Source: Oscillospiraceae bacterium (GTDB lineage Bacteria; Bacillota; Clostridia; UMGS1840). Taken from it: 64,000 nt of DNA. The DNA is taken from contig SVKD01000004.1 of the NCBI GenBank assembly GCA_015068645.1, positions 3,054 through 67,053 of the forward strand, in the 5' to 3' direction. Position numbers and translations under genes: made by a program. Under the pieces are notes generated by a model that was not told the DNA's origin, ran no database searches, and saw only the letters and a program-made list of their open reading frames with translations. Positions 35,564 to 45,966 of the stretch are shown in pieces; the first letter of the stretch is position 1, and every line of letters begins with the position of its first letter.

Positions 35564-37408
35564 TTAATGACTTTCGTTTTCCTCGTTGTGAAAATACTGA
35601 TAAATATTTAACGCAACCCCGAAAGGAAGGGCTTTTTGCAATTCCTCAAGGGTTGCTTCTTTTATTTGTTTTAAAGTTTTAAAGTGTCCGTACAGTTTTT
35701 TTATGGTAGCCATGCCAACCTTGGGAATTGTCAGAAGCTCTGATTGGGTAGCTGTCAAAGTGTTTTTTTTCTTGTGGTAGGAGATGGCGTTTTTGTGTGT
35801 TTGCTCATTGATTTTGGAAAGAAACACAAACAAAGCTTTGTTGGATTTTAAATCCAACAAGCGATAACCGTCTGTCAGATCCTTCAGACGGTGCTTGTCA
35901 TCCTTCACCATTCCGAATACCGGTATTGAGAATCCGTATTTTAAGAGAACTTCTTTCGCACATTTCACCTGACCTTTTCCACCGTCTACCAAAATCAGAT
36001 CAGGAGCAACTTCAAACCCTTTGTCACTATTGGTAAGGTGATAAATCCGGCGGTCCAGCACTTCGTACATAGCGGCATAATCGTCAGAACCGTTATGGTT
36101 TTTGATGCCAAAGGTTCTCTTTTCTTTTTGAGAGAGAACACCATTTTCGTACACCGTCATAACACCAACTGCATTGGAGCCTGCAGTGTTGGAATTGTCG
36201 TAACTTTCAATTCGCAAAGGAGCTTGTTCCAAACCGACAAATTCTTTTAGCAGAAAGAGCTGGTCATCTATTTTGGTTTTCAGACGGAGTTTGATGGCTT
36301 CAATGGCATTAACTCTTGCCATTTCAATGAGATTTTTTGTGAATTTTCCGCGGCCCCGGGATACGGTGATACCTTCTTGAAACAGCTCTTCCATTTGTTT
36401 GGAAAGTTCTTCATAGGGAATTTGGTAATCTGTATTAATGGATATCACAATTCGTTTTGTGATGGTATCTCTTGCCAGATAAAATTGTTTTAAAAAGGAA
36501 GCAATCATATCCTCATCGGATACATCTCGGGAATCCGGAAAGGTATAGCTTTTTTTATCGTGAATGATTCCGTCTTTCACGGTCAACACCGAAATAGCGG
36601 AAATTTCACCATCGCGGTAGCAATATAAAACATCCAGGTTGACTTTTTTTACAGTCACAACCTGATGCTTTTCAGCAAATTTTTCTGCTAAACGAATATT
36701 GTCCCGATATTTTGCCGCACCTTCAAAATCCAGGTTTTCTACGCAGGCTTCCATTTTTTTTGCTAAAACGGGAATTAAACTTTTCAATCCGGAATCCAGT
36801 GCATGAATAGCTTCTTTGAGCTGATGATCATATTCTTCGCAGCTCACCATTCTTGTGCAAGGTGCAGAGCAGTATCCCATATGATAATTTAAGCAGGGAC
36901 GTTTTTTTTCTTTGGTTAAGTCTGCGTGACAGGTTCTTAGTTTATATTCTTTGGAAATCAAATCAATGGCACCGTTTACCACCTGTGCATTCAGGTAAGG
37001 ACCGTAGTATTTATTGGCGTCCCGTTCGGTTTTACGAACCAGCGAAAGATAGGGGTAAACGGTTTTCTTTTCTATTTTAATAAAGGGGTAGGTTTTGTCA
37101 TCTTTTAAAAGAATGTTATATTTGGGCTTGTATTTTTTGATCAGATTGTTTTCCAGCAGGAATGCATCTTTTTCCGAGTCTGTGATGATATAATCAAAGT
37201 GATCCACATGCAGAACCATCTGCATGGTTTTTAAGTCTTTGGGAGAACCTCCGAAATACTGAGATAATCGGTTCCACAGGGACTTTGCCTTACCTACATA
37301 TATCACGCGGTCATCTCTGTTTTTCATCAGATATACGCCTGGTTTTTTTGGCACCAGCTTCAGCTTTTCTCGATGCTCTGCCAACTTTGGATTTCCGCTT
37401 ATCGGCAT
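35564..37408 (-). CDS. uvrC: excinuclease ABC subunit C
   Basis: ORF 35564..37423. Start at ATG 37408 (MPISGNP), 7 nt after GGAGGG. GIY-YIG domain (GVYLMKN...VIYVGKA). Confidence 0.93.
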   Translation of the reverse strand: MPISGNPKLAEHREKLKLVPKKPGVYLMKNRDDRVIYVGKAKSLWNRLSQYFGGSPKDLKTMQMVLHVDHFDYIITDSEKDAFLLENNLIKKYKPKYNILLKDDKTYPFIKIEKKTVYPYLSLVRKTERDANKYYGPYLNAQVVNGAIDLISKEYKLRTCHADLTKEKKRPCLNYHMGYCSAPCTRMVSCEEYDHQLKEAIHALDSGLKSLIPVLAKKMEACVENLDFEGAAKYRDNIRLAEKFAEKHQVVTVKKVNLDVLYCYRDGEISAISVLTVKDGIIHDKKSYTFPDSRDVSDEDMIASFLKQFYLARDTITKRIVISINTDYQIPYEELSKQMEELFQEGITVSRGRGKFTKNLIEMARVNAIEAIKLRLKTKIDDQLFLLKEFVGLEQAPLRIESYDNSNTAGSNAVGVMTVYENGVLSQKEKRTFGIKNHNGSDDYAAMYEVLDRRIYHLTNSDKGFEVAPDLILVDGGKGQVKCAKEVLLKYGFSIPVFGMVKDDKHRLKDLTDGYRLLDLKSNKALFVFLSKINEQTHKNAISYHKKKNTLTATQSELLTIPKVGMATIKKLYGHFKTLKQIKEATLEELQKALPFGVALNIYQYFHNEENESH

Positions 37409-37437
37409 GCTGTTTCCCTCCAATCTTATTCATTTAC

Positions 37438-37475
37438 AAGAAAGGGCTATTACAACAATGTAACAGCCCTTTTGG
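37438..37475 (-). terminator. terminator after the coiled-coil protein gene
   Basis: GGGCTGTTA/TAATAGCCC-type stem with one mismatch. TTTCTTG follows on the minus strand. Confidence 0.6.
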
Positions 37476-37532
37476 GTTTTTGGTTATTTATATTTTTTGA
37501 ACCCTTTTTTGAGGCATTCGCCGATGCGAATA

Positions 37533-38111
37533 TTAGTCTTTTGCGCTGTTAATAACCTGTCTGGAAGATGCAATTTTATCCAGTAAGGTTTCAGTTTCCT
37601 GATAAGAAGAGCTGATCTGAGAATATGCGGTGTACAGAGTATCTCTTGCAGAATTCACAGTCTTTTCTGCAGTCTGCAGTAAGCTGTCTGCATAATTTTG
37701 TGCACTCTGTTTATACTGGTCTGCTCGTTCTTTGGTTTCATCATAAAGTGCGGTAGCTGCAGCTTCTGCTTTGTGTTTGATTTCTACAGCTTCCATATCT
37801 GCTTCTTTTACGATTTCTTCGGATTTTAACTTTGCAATCTTGATGATTTCAGTTTCGTTAACCATCTGAACCACCTGCTGATTTGCACTTTCAATAATGG
37901 ATGCAGCTTCCTGTTTTGCTTCGTTAATAATACGGTCTCTTTCTTTTTTTACCCACTGAGCCTGTTTTAATTCTTCGGGGTAGTGAAGTCTCATCTGTTC
38001 CACAACGTTCCAGACTTCTTCTCTGTCAATCATACATTTGGTAGAAAGAGGCACTTTCGATGCGCTTTCCACGATTTCTTCCAATTCTTCTATTAACGCC
38101 TGTAAATCCAT
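37533..38111 (-). CDS. coiled-coil protein of unknown function
   Basis: 192 aa, almost entirely heptad-like and rich in E/K/A/Q. Last gene after rsmD-coaD. Confidence 0.6.
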   Translation of the reverse strand: MDLQALIEELEEIVESASKVPLSTKCMIDREEVWNVVEQMRLHYPEELKQAQWVKKERDRIINEAKQEAASIIESANQQVVQMVNETEIIKIAKLKSEEIVKEADMEAVEIKHKAEAAATALYDETKERADQYKQSAQNYADSLLQTAEKTVNSARDTLYTAYSQISSSYQETETLLDKIASSRQVINSAKD

Positions 38112-38130
38112 AACACTTACTCCTTTTATG

Positions 38131-38604
38131 TTAAAATTTGTTTAAAATATCCTGTTCAATTTCTTTGGGAACAAGCCCGGAAAGGTCGCCTTTGTAACGA
38201 GCAAGTTCTTTCACAATGCTGGAGGACAGGAACATATATTCCTGCGCGGTTGGTAAGAACATTGTTTCCAAGTCCGGCATTTGATTTTTGTTGGCTAAAG
38301 CCATTTGAAATTCATATTCAAAATCTGACACAACCCGCAAGCCTTTTATCAGCACGTTGCAGTCGTTTTTTTTGGCAAAATCCACCAGTAAACCATCGTA
38401 ACAAACCACTTCCACATTGGGCAGGTGGCGGGTGGTGCGGCGAATCAATTCCAGCCGTTCTTCCACAGTGAACAAAGGTTTCTTTGCACTGTTGGTAAGT
38501 ACCGTTACAATCACTTTGTCAAACAGTTTTGAAGATCTGGTGATAATATCCAGATGGCCATTGGTTAAAGGGTCAAAACTACCGGGGTAAATCGCTGTTT
38601 TCAT
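38131..38604 (-). CDS. coaD: phosphopantetheine adenylyltransferase
   Basis: 157 aa. YPGSFDPLTNGHLDI. Confidence 0.95.
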   Translation of the reverse strand: MKTAIYPGSFDPLTNGHLDIITRSSKLFDKVIVTVLTNSAKKPLFTVEERLELIRRTTRHLPNVEVVCYDGLLVDFAKKNDCNVLIKGLRVVSDFEYEFQMALANKNQMPDLETMFLPTAQEYMFLSSSIVKELARYKGDLSGLVPKEIEQDILNKF

Positions 38605-39131
38605 TTTTTGACTCCAATTCTTGTTCGTATTCTTCCGAAAACTCTTTCTTTGATCATTTCTATGGATTCGGGAATTGCAACCTCTTCTTTTTCATCACAT
38701 TCCCACACCACAATAGCGTTGGTTGATAAAAGATTGTTTTCCACCAGCTTTTTGAGTGCGGAATCAATCATTTTTTTTCCATAAGGAGGGTCTAAAAATA
38801 CCAAATCAAATTGATGGTTACATTTTCCTAAAAAGTCAAGATAATCGCTTCGAATGATTTCAGACATTTCTTCAAAACGAAGCTTTGCAATGTTTTTCTT
38901 CACAAACTCGGGATTTAAATCCACAAAAGTACAACGTGTTGCACCGCGGCTTAAGGCTTCGATTCCCATAGCGCCGCTTCCTGCAAATAAATCAAGCACA
39001 CATCTTTTTGGCACTTCAAACTGAATCATATTGAAAATTGATTGCTTGACTTTATCGGTGGTGGGGCGGACGGAAAGGTCCGGAGAAGCCTCTAAAATAG
39101 CTCCTTTTCGAATTCCGCTGGTAACCTTCAA
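38601..39131 (-). CDS. rsmD: 16S rRNA (guanine966-N2)-methyltransferase
   Basis: 176 aa. DLFAGSGAMGIEALSRGA and DPPY motifs. Confidence 0.9.
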   Translation of the reverse strand: MKVTSGIRKGAILEASPDLSVRPTTDKVKQSIFNMIQFEVPKRCVLDLFAGSGAMGIEALSRGATRCTFVDLNPEFVKKNIAKLRFEEMSEIIRSDYLDFLGKCNHQFDLVFLDPPYGKKMIDSALKKLVENNLLSTNAIVVWECDEKEEVAIPESIEMIKERVFGRIRTRIGVKK

Positions 39132-39288
39132 ATTATTTCAACTCCGATGTGAGGTTTTTACCGTATTTTGCTACGTTCTGCAGAAAAAAAGATGTGAAAT
39201 CATCAGCTTTTTTTGCAGTATATACAAAATATCATTATCTATTCTAGCATATCTTTATTGATTTGTAAAGTTTTTTTTCAAATATATC

Positions 39289-39317
39289 TTGAATTTTTTT
39301 AAAAATAGTGTTATAAT
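39289..39317 (+). promoter_or_regulatory. promoter of recJ-relA
   Basis: TTGAAT, 17 nt, TATAAT, with a TGt extended -10. Confidence 0.55.
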
Positions 39318-39346
39318 GTAAAAAAATATAAGAAAGCAGGACCTGT

Positions 39347-41056
39347 ATGATGACGAAGAAAAGCAAATGGGTGTTGAAACAGCCGAATCCCGAATTATCA
39401 AAAAAGATAGGAGAAGAGCTGAAATTGCACCCCCTTTGTGCAAATGTTCTTTGCAACCGCGGCATTGAAACTACCGAGCAGGCGACTCGTTTTTTAAACC
39501 CTGATGTGAATACGCTTTTAGATCCGTTTTTACTTCGGGATATGAAAAAAGCAGTAGATAAAATTCAGGAAATCATTGCAGATAATCAGAAAATTGTGGT
39601 TTACGGTGATTATGATGTAGATGGAATCACCGCTGTTTCCATGATGTATCTGTATTTAAAATCCAAAGGAGCAAACGTTTCTTACTATATTCCGTCCCGT
39701 TCTGACGAAGGATACGGTTTAAATAAAGAAGCAGTTCTATCCTTCAAAAATGAAGGAGTAGGCTTGATTATCACAGCTGATTGCGGTATCACCGCATTTG
39801 ATGATATCAGCTATGCCACTTCTTTGGGAATTTCTGTGGTAATTACCGACCATCATAAATGTAAGGAGCAACTGCCTCCTGCCTATGCTATTGTGAACCC
39901 CAAACGTCCCGATTGCCCCTATCCTTTTAAGGAGCTTTCCGGGGTTGGTGTTGCCTTTAAGCTGATTGAAGCGCTGGAAGGCGGCGGAAAATCCAAAGAG
40001 CTTTTGGAACAGTACGGGGATTTACTTTGCCTTGGTACTATTGCAGACATTGTTACCTTAACCGAGGAAAACCGTGTTTTTGTATCTTTGGGTTTAAAGC
40101 TTTTGGATGATCCTCAGAACTTAGGTTTGAAAGCTTTGATTCAGGAAGCAGGCCTTTCCGGTAAGGTTCTGACCTCTTCTCACGTGGGCTTTATTATTGC
40201 TCCCAGAATTAATGCTGTGGGCAGATTGGGCAATGCAGTGGATGCAGTAAAACTGTTTACCACTTCCAATGCCAAAGAAGCTGAAACCTTAGCAAAAATG
40301 TTGTGCGATGAAAATGTTCGTCGTCAGACGATTGAGCAGGAGATTTTATTAACAGCTTGTCAGATTATTGATAAAGAAAAACTTCACACTACTGACAGAG
40401 TAATCGTGTTGGCATCTGAAGCGTGGCATCATGGGGTAATCGGAATCGTAGCTTCCAGAATTACCGAACGTTACGGAAAACCCTGTGTGTTAATGGCAAT
40501 AGACGGTAATGAAGCGAAAGGTTCTTGCCGTGGGGTTCAGGGATTCAATATGTTTGAAGCATTGTCTTATTGCGACGATTTGCTTTTAAAATTCGGTGGA
40601 CACGAATTGGCAGCAGGTTTAACTGTTTCTAAAGATAATATTGATGCATTCCGTGAAAAAATCAATGCATATGCCAAAGAAAATTTCAACACCAAAGTGT
40701 ATGTGGAAGAAATTGCTTATGAAGGTAAGATTACCGACAAAGATATCAATTTGGAATTAACCGATATGTTGGAAAGCATTCAGCCGTGCGGAATGGGTAA
40801 TCCCATGCCTCAGTTCCTGATTGAAAAGGTGAAAATTGAAAATCTTACTTATTTTGGCGATGAAAAACATATTCGTTTGCGTTTTTCCAAAAAAAGCTTT
40901 TCCATTATGGTAATCGGTTTTGGATTGGGTACTAACGAAAGCTTCCGTATGCTTCGTGATGGTGATATTGTGAACGCAATTGTTTCTCCTTACACGAACG
41001 AGTATCGCGGCAAAAAGTATCCCGCCCTGAAACTGAAAGATATTAAATTGGTATAA
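39347..41056 (+). CDS. recJ: single-stranded-DNA-specific exonuclease RecJ
   Basis: 569 aa. DHH motifs GDYDVDGIT and ITDHH. GGH motif FGGHELAAG. Confidence 0.92.
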   Translation: MMTKKSKWVLKQPNPELSKKIGEELKLHPLCANVLCNRGIETTEQATRFLNPDVNTLLDPFLLRDMKKAVDKIQEIIADNQKIVVYGDYDVDGITAVSMMYLYLKSKGANVSYYIPSRSDEGYGLNKEAVLSFKNEGVGLIITADCGITAFDDISYATSLGISVVITDHHKCKEQLPPAYAIVNPKRPDCPYPFKELSGVGVAFKLIEALEGGGKSKELLEQYGDLLCLGTIADIVTLTEENRVFVSLGLKLLDDPQNLGLKALIQEAGLSGKVLTSSHVGFIIAPRINAVGRLGNAVDAVKLFTTSNAKEAETLAKMLCDENVRRQTIEQEILLTACQIIDKEKLHTTDRVIVLASEAWHHGVIGIVASRITERYGKPCVLMAIDGNEAKGSCRGVQGFNMFEALSYCDDLLLKFGGHELAAGLTVSKDNIDAFREKINAYAKENFNTKVYVEEIAYEGKITDKDINLELTDMLESIQPCGMGNPMPQFLIEKVKIENLTYFGDEKHIRLRFSKKSFSIMVIGFGLGTNESFRMLRDGDIVNAIVSPYTNEYRGKKYPALKLKDIKLV

Positions 41057-41092
41057 ATGTTTGATTGCCAGAAAGGTTTGATTGGATAACTT

Positions 41093-43267
41093 ATGGAGCA
41101 GTTTTCCCATCTTTTAGATAAGATTACCAAATATAATCCCAAATGTAACCGGGAGCTTTTAGAGAAGACTTATCGGTTTTGTAAGGATGCCCATGAAGGA
41201 CAGTTTCGTCGTAGTGGTGAACCTTATTATAATCATCCGTTTGCTGTTGCAGAAATTATCGCAGAGTTGAATTTGGATGACGAATCGATTTGTGCTGCAT
41301 TACTTCATGATACCATCGAGGATACCGAATATGGTTACGATTACGTGAAGAAAGAATTTGGCGAAGATATTGCTAATATTGTTGACGGTGTGACCAAATT
41401 AGGTCGGATTGAATTTTCCACCAAAGAAGAGGAACAGGTAGAGAATCTTCGCAAAATGTTTATGGCAATGGCGAAGGATATCCGCGTGATTTTAATCAAA
41501 CTTGCAGACCGTTTGCATAATATGCGAACCATGAAGAGTATGCCGGAGCATAAGCGCCGTGAAAAAGCGCTGGAAACTATGGAAATCTATGCTCCTATTG
41601 CGCACCGTTTGGGGATTTATAATCTGAAGTGGGAATTGGAAGATCTTTCTTTATTGTATTTGGATCCCATCGGTTATAAAGAAATTTCCACCGGGATTGC
41701 CAAGAAAAGAACCCAGCGTCTTCAGATTGTTGACGATATTAAAGAGCAACTCACCGACAAGCTTTCTGAAATCGGTGTTCAGGCTCATATTGAGGGCAGA
41801 GCTAAACATTTTTACAGCATCTATAAAAAGATGTATTCCAAGAACATCACCTTAGACGAAATCTATGATTTGTTCGCTCTTCGTATCATTGTGGGCACCA
41901 TCACAGATTGTTATACCGTGTTAGGTTGTGTTCACGAACTATATAAACCGATTCCGGGCAGATTTAAAGATTATATCAGTATGCCCAAAAAAAATATGTA
42001 TCAGTCCTTGCACACCACTTTGGTGAGCCATGCAGGAACTCCCTTTGAAATTCAGATTCGTACCTGGGATATGCACAGAACTGCTGAATATGGGATTGCT
42101 GCTCACTGGAAGTACAAGGAAGGTGCCCAGAACAAGAACTCCACGGGAGATAAATTCCAATGGGTTCGTCAGCTTCTGGAAACCGAAAAAGATTTTTCCA
42201 ACCCATCGGAATATATCAGTCATATTAAAATTGACTTGTTTGCCGATGAGGTATTTGTGTTCTCCCCGAAAGGAGACGTATATAGTCTTCCCAGCGGTTC
42301 CACTCCCATCGACTTTGCATTTATGGTGCATAGTGCGGTAGGTTGGAGAATGGTTGGCGCTAAAGTGAATAATCGTATCGTTCCCATTGACCAGCATCTG
42401 CAAAATGGGGATATTGTGGAGATTATTACTTCCGCTAATTCTCAGGGCCCCCATTCCGATTGGTTGAAAATTGCACGTACCAGTCAGGCGCGAAGCAAAA
42501 TCAATCAGTGGTTCAAAAAAGAAAAAAGGGAAGAAAATATCCAAAAGGGAAAAGAATTGCTTGAAAAAGAAATCAAGAAATTCGATATGACCTTAAAGGA
42601 TTTAGTAGAAAACGAAGAACTCTTTGGCTACATTTCCAAAAAATACAGCGTGGCAAGAGTGGAAGACTTTTATGCCATTGTTGGTTACGGCGGTATCACC
42701 GCTCAGAAAATCGGTCTTCGAATTGAAGATTATCTGGAACGAACCCGTCCTCAAAGTGATGAATCTGTGTTGGCAGAAATTCAGAATACTTCCAAGGATA
42801 AGCAGGGGAAACATGTAAAACAGGGAATTGTGGTAAAAGGGCAGGAGGGTTGTCTTGTTCGTACCGCAAAATGCTGTTCTCCTGTTCCCGGGGATAAGGT
42901 TGTGGGATATATTACCCGAGGCAGAGGTGTTACCATTCACCGTGCTGACTGTGTGGCTCTTCGTGATATAGAGCGTTCCGATGGTGACAGAAACCGTTTG
43001 GTGGAAGCCACCTGGGAGGCGGAAGACGGCCATACTCACAGCGTAGATTTGGCGGTTACTTCTGCAGACCGATCCGGCTTACTGGTTGATTTGACGTTGG
43101 CATTAAACGATATGAAAGTTCCTGTCAACGCCTTAACCGCAAAAGTGTTGAAAGACGGTTCCGGTTTAATTCAGATTAATATCGATGTTACCGGTCAGGA
43201 TCAGCTGAATAAGATTTTAGTTCGTTTAAACAATGTTAAGAGCGTTATTTCTGCGAAACGAATTTAA
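41093..43267 (+). CDS. relA: bifunctional (p)ppGpp synthetase/hydrolase
   Basis: 724 aa. HD domain (HDTIEDT), synthetase, TGS and ACT regions. Confidence 0.95.
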   Translation: MEQFSHLLDKITKYNPKCNRELLEKTYRFCKDAHEGQFRRSGEPYYNHPFAVAEIIAELNLDDESICAALLHDTIEDTEYGYDYVKKEFGEDIANIVDGVTKLGRIEFSTKEEEQVENLRKMFMAMAKDIRVILIKLADRLHNMRTMKSMPEHKRREKALETMEIYAPIAHRLGIYNLKWELEDLSLLYLDPIGYKEISTGIAKKRTQRLQIVDDIKEQLTDKLSEIGVQAHIEGRAKHFYSIYKKMYSKNITLDEIYDLFALRIIVGTITDCYTVLGCVHELYKPIPGRFKDYISMPKKNMYQSLHTTLVSHAGTPFEIQIRTWDMHRTAEYGIAAHWKYKEGAQNKNSTGDKFQWVRQLLETEKDFSNPSEYISHIKIDLFADEVFVFSPKGDVYSLPSGSTPIDFAFMVHSAVGWRMVGAKVNNRIVPIDQHLQNGDIVEIITSANSQGPHSDWLKIARTSQARSKINQWFKKEKREENIQKGKELLEKEIKKFDMTLKDLVENEELFGYISKKYSVARVEDFYAIVGYGGITAQKIGLRIEDYLERTRPQSDESVLAEIQNTSKDKQGKHVKQGIVVKGQEGCLVRTAKCCSPVPGDKVVGYITRGRGVTIHRADCVALRDIERSDGDRNRLVEATWEAEDGHTHSVDLAVTSADRSGLLVDLTLALNDMKVPVNALTAKVLKDGSGLIQINIDVTGQDQLNKILVRLNNVKSVISAKRI

Positions 43268-43284
43268 AATGGAGATTTTTTAAA

Positions 43285-44037
43285 ATGAAAGAAATCACCA
43301 GTGTGAAAAACAAAACGGTATGTGAGGTTAAAAAACTCAAACAAAAGAAATACCGTACCCAAACAGGAACCTTTTTGGCAGAAGGGTACCGTAATGTGTG
43401 TGACAGCATGAAAAAAACTCTTCCGGAAATGGTTTTTTTAGAAGAAACTTTTGAGTTTGCAGTACCGCAATGCGAAAATACCTATTTGGTTACCAAAGAG
43501 GTGATGAAGGAAATTTGTGATACAGACACCCCACAAGGGATTGCGGCTGTATTTCGGATTCCCGAAGAAGAAGCAATCAGTTCTTCTAAAATGCTTCTGT
43601 TAAATGGCGTTTCTGATCCCGGCAATATGGGAACGATTCTTCGCACTGCTTTAGCAGCAGGTTTTGGCGATATCGTTTTAGATGAAAAATGTGCCGATGT
43701 GTATTCACCTAAGGTGATTCGATCTGCAATGTCGGCAGTCTTTTCATTAAATTTAGTTCGCTGTAAATCTTTGGAAGATGTGATTGTAAAATTAAAACAA
43801 AACGGATATCAGATATGTGCGGCTGCCCTGACCGAAGAAGCTGTTTCCTTGTATGAAACAAAGTTTTTTGGAAAAACCGCTTTAATGTTTGGTTCTGAAG
43901 CCAACGGAATTTCAGAAGAACTATTGCAATTAGCCGATGTTTTCTACATGATTCCGATGGAAAAAGAGATTGAATCCTTAAATGTGGCGGTTGCTGCAGG
44001 GATTAGTATGTATGAGTTGGTACGACGGCAGAATTGA
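43285..44037 (+). CDS. TrmH/SpoU-family RNA 2'-O-methyltransferase
   Basis: 250 aa. DPGNMGTILRTA and GSEANGIS motifs. Confidence 0.85.
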   Translation: MKEITSVKNKTVCEVKKLKQKKYRTQTGTFLAEGYRNVCDSMKKTLPEMVFLEETFEFAVPQCENTYLVTKEVMKEICDTDTPQGIAAVFRIPEEEAISSSKMLLLNGVSDPGNMGTILRTALAAGFGDIVLDEKCADVYSPKVIRSAMSAVFSLNLVRCKSLEDVIVKLKQNGYQICAAALTEEAVSLYETKFFGKTALMFGSEANGISEELLQLADVFYMIPMEKEIESLNVAVAAGISMYELVRRQN

Positions 44038-44108
44038 GCGTATCATAAACGTTGAAGAAAGAATCAGCATATTCTATTACATTATATATATTATGGAGGT
44101 AAAACATT

Positions 44109-44468
44109 ATGGCATGGTATGACAAGGTGAGAAGTACCGCAACCAAAACTGCAAAATACGCAAAGGATAAGTCCACCGATCTTTATGATATTACCCGGAT
44201 GTCTTTTGCAATTAACGAAAAAGAAAATAAAATTGACAAAATTTTCAGAAACATCGGAATGCTTACTTATCGTGATCACGAAAACGGTGCTGAGTTTTCC
44301 GAAGATATTGTGTTATTGTTAGAGGATATTGATAAAAAATACGAAGAGATTGATGCCTTAAAAGCAGAAATCAATAAAATTAAAAACGTGGAAGTTTGCC
44401 CGGAATGTAAAAAAACCAATCCGAATGGAGCTAATTTTTGCTTATCCTGCGGCGCAAAATTAAAATAA
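44109..44468 (+). CDS. zinc-ribbon domain protein
   Basis: 119 aa. Helical N-terminal part and C-terminal CPECKK...CLSCG. GGAGGT RBS. Confidence 0.7.
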   Translation: MAWYDKVRSTATKTAKYAKDKSTDLYDITRMSFAINEKENKIDKIFRNIGMLTYRDHENGAEFSEDIVLLLEDIDKKYEEIDALKAEINKIKNVEVCPECKKTNPNGANFCLSCGAKLK

Positions 44469-44568
44469 CAGAAAAAAAGAATGCTCGGCAAAATATCCTA
44501 ACGGGTATTTTGTCGTCCATTTTTTTGTTTAGTGCTAACTTATTTGATAATACCGGAGGTGTAATGAT

Positions 44569-45930
44569 TTGAAGAAAGAATTAACATCCGGGAAAATCGT
44601 AGTCTTGTTGTTGGGAATTATGCTGGTGTTGTTTGCCTGGTGTAACTTGCTTGTTCCTGTTGCCGGAATGGGCGGAGCAGATTATTATCAGATTGCATCC
44701 GGCGGCTTTTGGTTAAATAGCGGTACCGGTTGTCAGACCTGGTTTTCATCTATTCCTGCTGAAAATAGTTATACCGGCACAATGAATGTGATTTTGCGGC
44801 CGTTATCTGTTGTTTTTCACGGATTCGATGTAAGAATTCTTTCCACGCTGTACTTTGCGGCTGCGTTAGTTGCATTTTTCTTCTTCTTAGCGAAAATGCA
44901 GACGGAAAAACTGTGGCATAAAGCTCTGGTTGGAGGTGTAGCAACCTTTATTTTCTGCGATTTTTCTTATCTTCTGCATTTAAATTCACTCAATGTGGAA
45001 GGTGCTTTGTACTGCTTTATTTTGGTGATGGTTTGTTTACTGTTTTCGCAGCTTTTTACCAAACCCGGTATCTGTCGCACCTTGTTATACTCAGTACTGG
45101 CATTTTTGGTTGCCGGAATGAAAACCGGATATTTTTGGATTGGAATTCTGCTGGTGGTTTGCCAGTTACCTGTGCTGATGATTAAAAAAGAGTTGTGGTA
45201 CCGTATTGTGACCGTTTTTTTGACGGTGGCAGTTTCGATTGGCTGCGTGACTTGCTTTAGTGACGGTGTTTATTACGGAAAAGAGCAGCAGAATAAGTTC
45301 CATTCTGTGTATTATGGAGTGTTAAAAGATAATGAAGATTCGTCTGCTTTGGAAAAACTGGGATTACCCAGGGAAGCAGATGCCTATGTAGGCAAAAGCG
45401 TGTATGAAGTGGATTCATCTGTGGTGGAAAACGCTTCGTTGAATGTTGGTTATTCCAAGGTGATTTCCTATTATTTGACTCACCCGGGAACATTCCTGAA
45501 AAAATTAGAATGCAGTGCTGATAACGGTTATGAAATTCGTCAGCAGTACAATTCCAACTATCCCGAATATCATAAAATCAAACACGGTTTTGACGGTTAC
45601 AGTGCCTTAAAACGTCGTGTGATGCAACCGGATTTATGGTTTGTGTTAGTATTTTTGGGAGCTGTTATTGCTTTTTCTGCTGTACAAATGAAAAAACAGA
45701 ATGATGAGAAGAAGAAAGCATATTATCTTACAATGATTCTTATTTGCACCACAACATTAGCCGTTTTTTTGGCACCTGTTATCATCAGCGGAGAAGCTGC
45801 CTTGGGAGCTGAACTGTTTTTGTATAATTTATTCTTTGATATCGTTCTTTGCTACGTTATCGTTGGCGGAACTATTATGATTTGCAAACGTCGTGAAACT
45901 ATTCAGAAAAAATATGGCGTAGAGCAATAA
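44569..45930 (+). CDS. polytopic membrane protein with a soluble loop (possible glycan-related transferase), TTG start
   Basis: 453 aa. GGAGGTG lies 7 nt upstream of the TTG. About ten TM helices. Confidence 0.6.
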   Translation: MKKELTSGKIVVLLLGIMLVLFAWCNLLVPVAGMGGADYYQIASGGFWLNSGTGCQTWFSSIPAENSYTGTMNVILRPLSVVFHGFDVRILSTLYFAAALVAFFFFLAKMQTEKLWHKALVGGVATFIFCDFSYLLHLNSLNVEGALYCFILVMVCLLFSQLFTKPGICRTLLYSVLAFLVAGMKTGYFWIGILLVVCQLPVLMIKKELWYRIVTVFLTVAVSIGCVTCFSDGVYYGKEQQNKFHSVYYGVLKDNEDSSALEKLGLPREADAYVGKSVYEVDSSVVENASLNVGYSKVISYYLTHPGTFLKKLECSADNGYEIRQQYNSNYPEYHKIKHGFDGYSALKRRVMQPDLWFVLVFLGAVIAFSAVQMKKQNDEKKKAYYLTMILICTTTLAVFLAPVIISGEAALGAELFLYNLFFDIVLCYVIVGGTIMICKRRETIQKKYGVEQ

Positions 45931-45966
45931 TTTACTTGTATTTAAAAGAAAGGATACATAAAACTT

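Noticed and set aside
44480-44530. Possible terminator after the zinc-ribbon gene.
   Set aside because: There is only a 7-bp A/U-rich stem (CAAAATA/TATTTTG), and the T-run is separated from it by 7 nt. It is too weak to call.
45931-45966. Expected T-box leader upstream of alaS.
   Set aside because: Only 36 nt separate alaS from the preceding gene, which leaves no room for a T-box.
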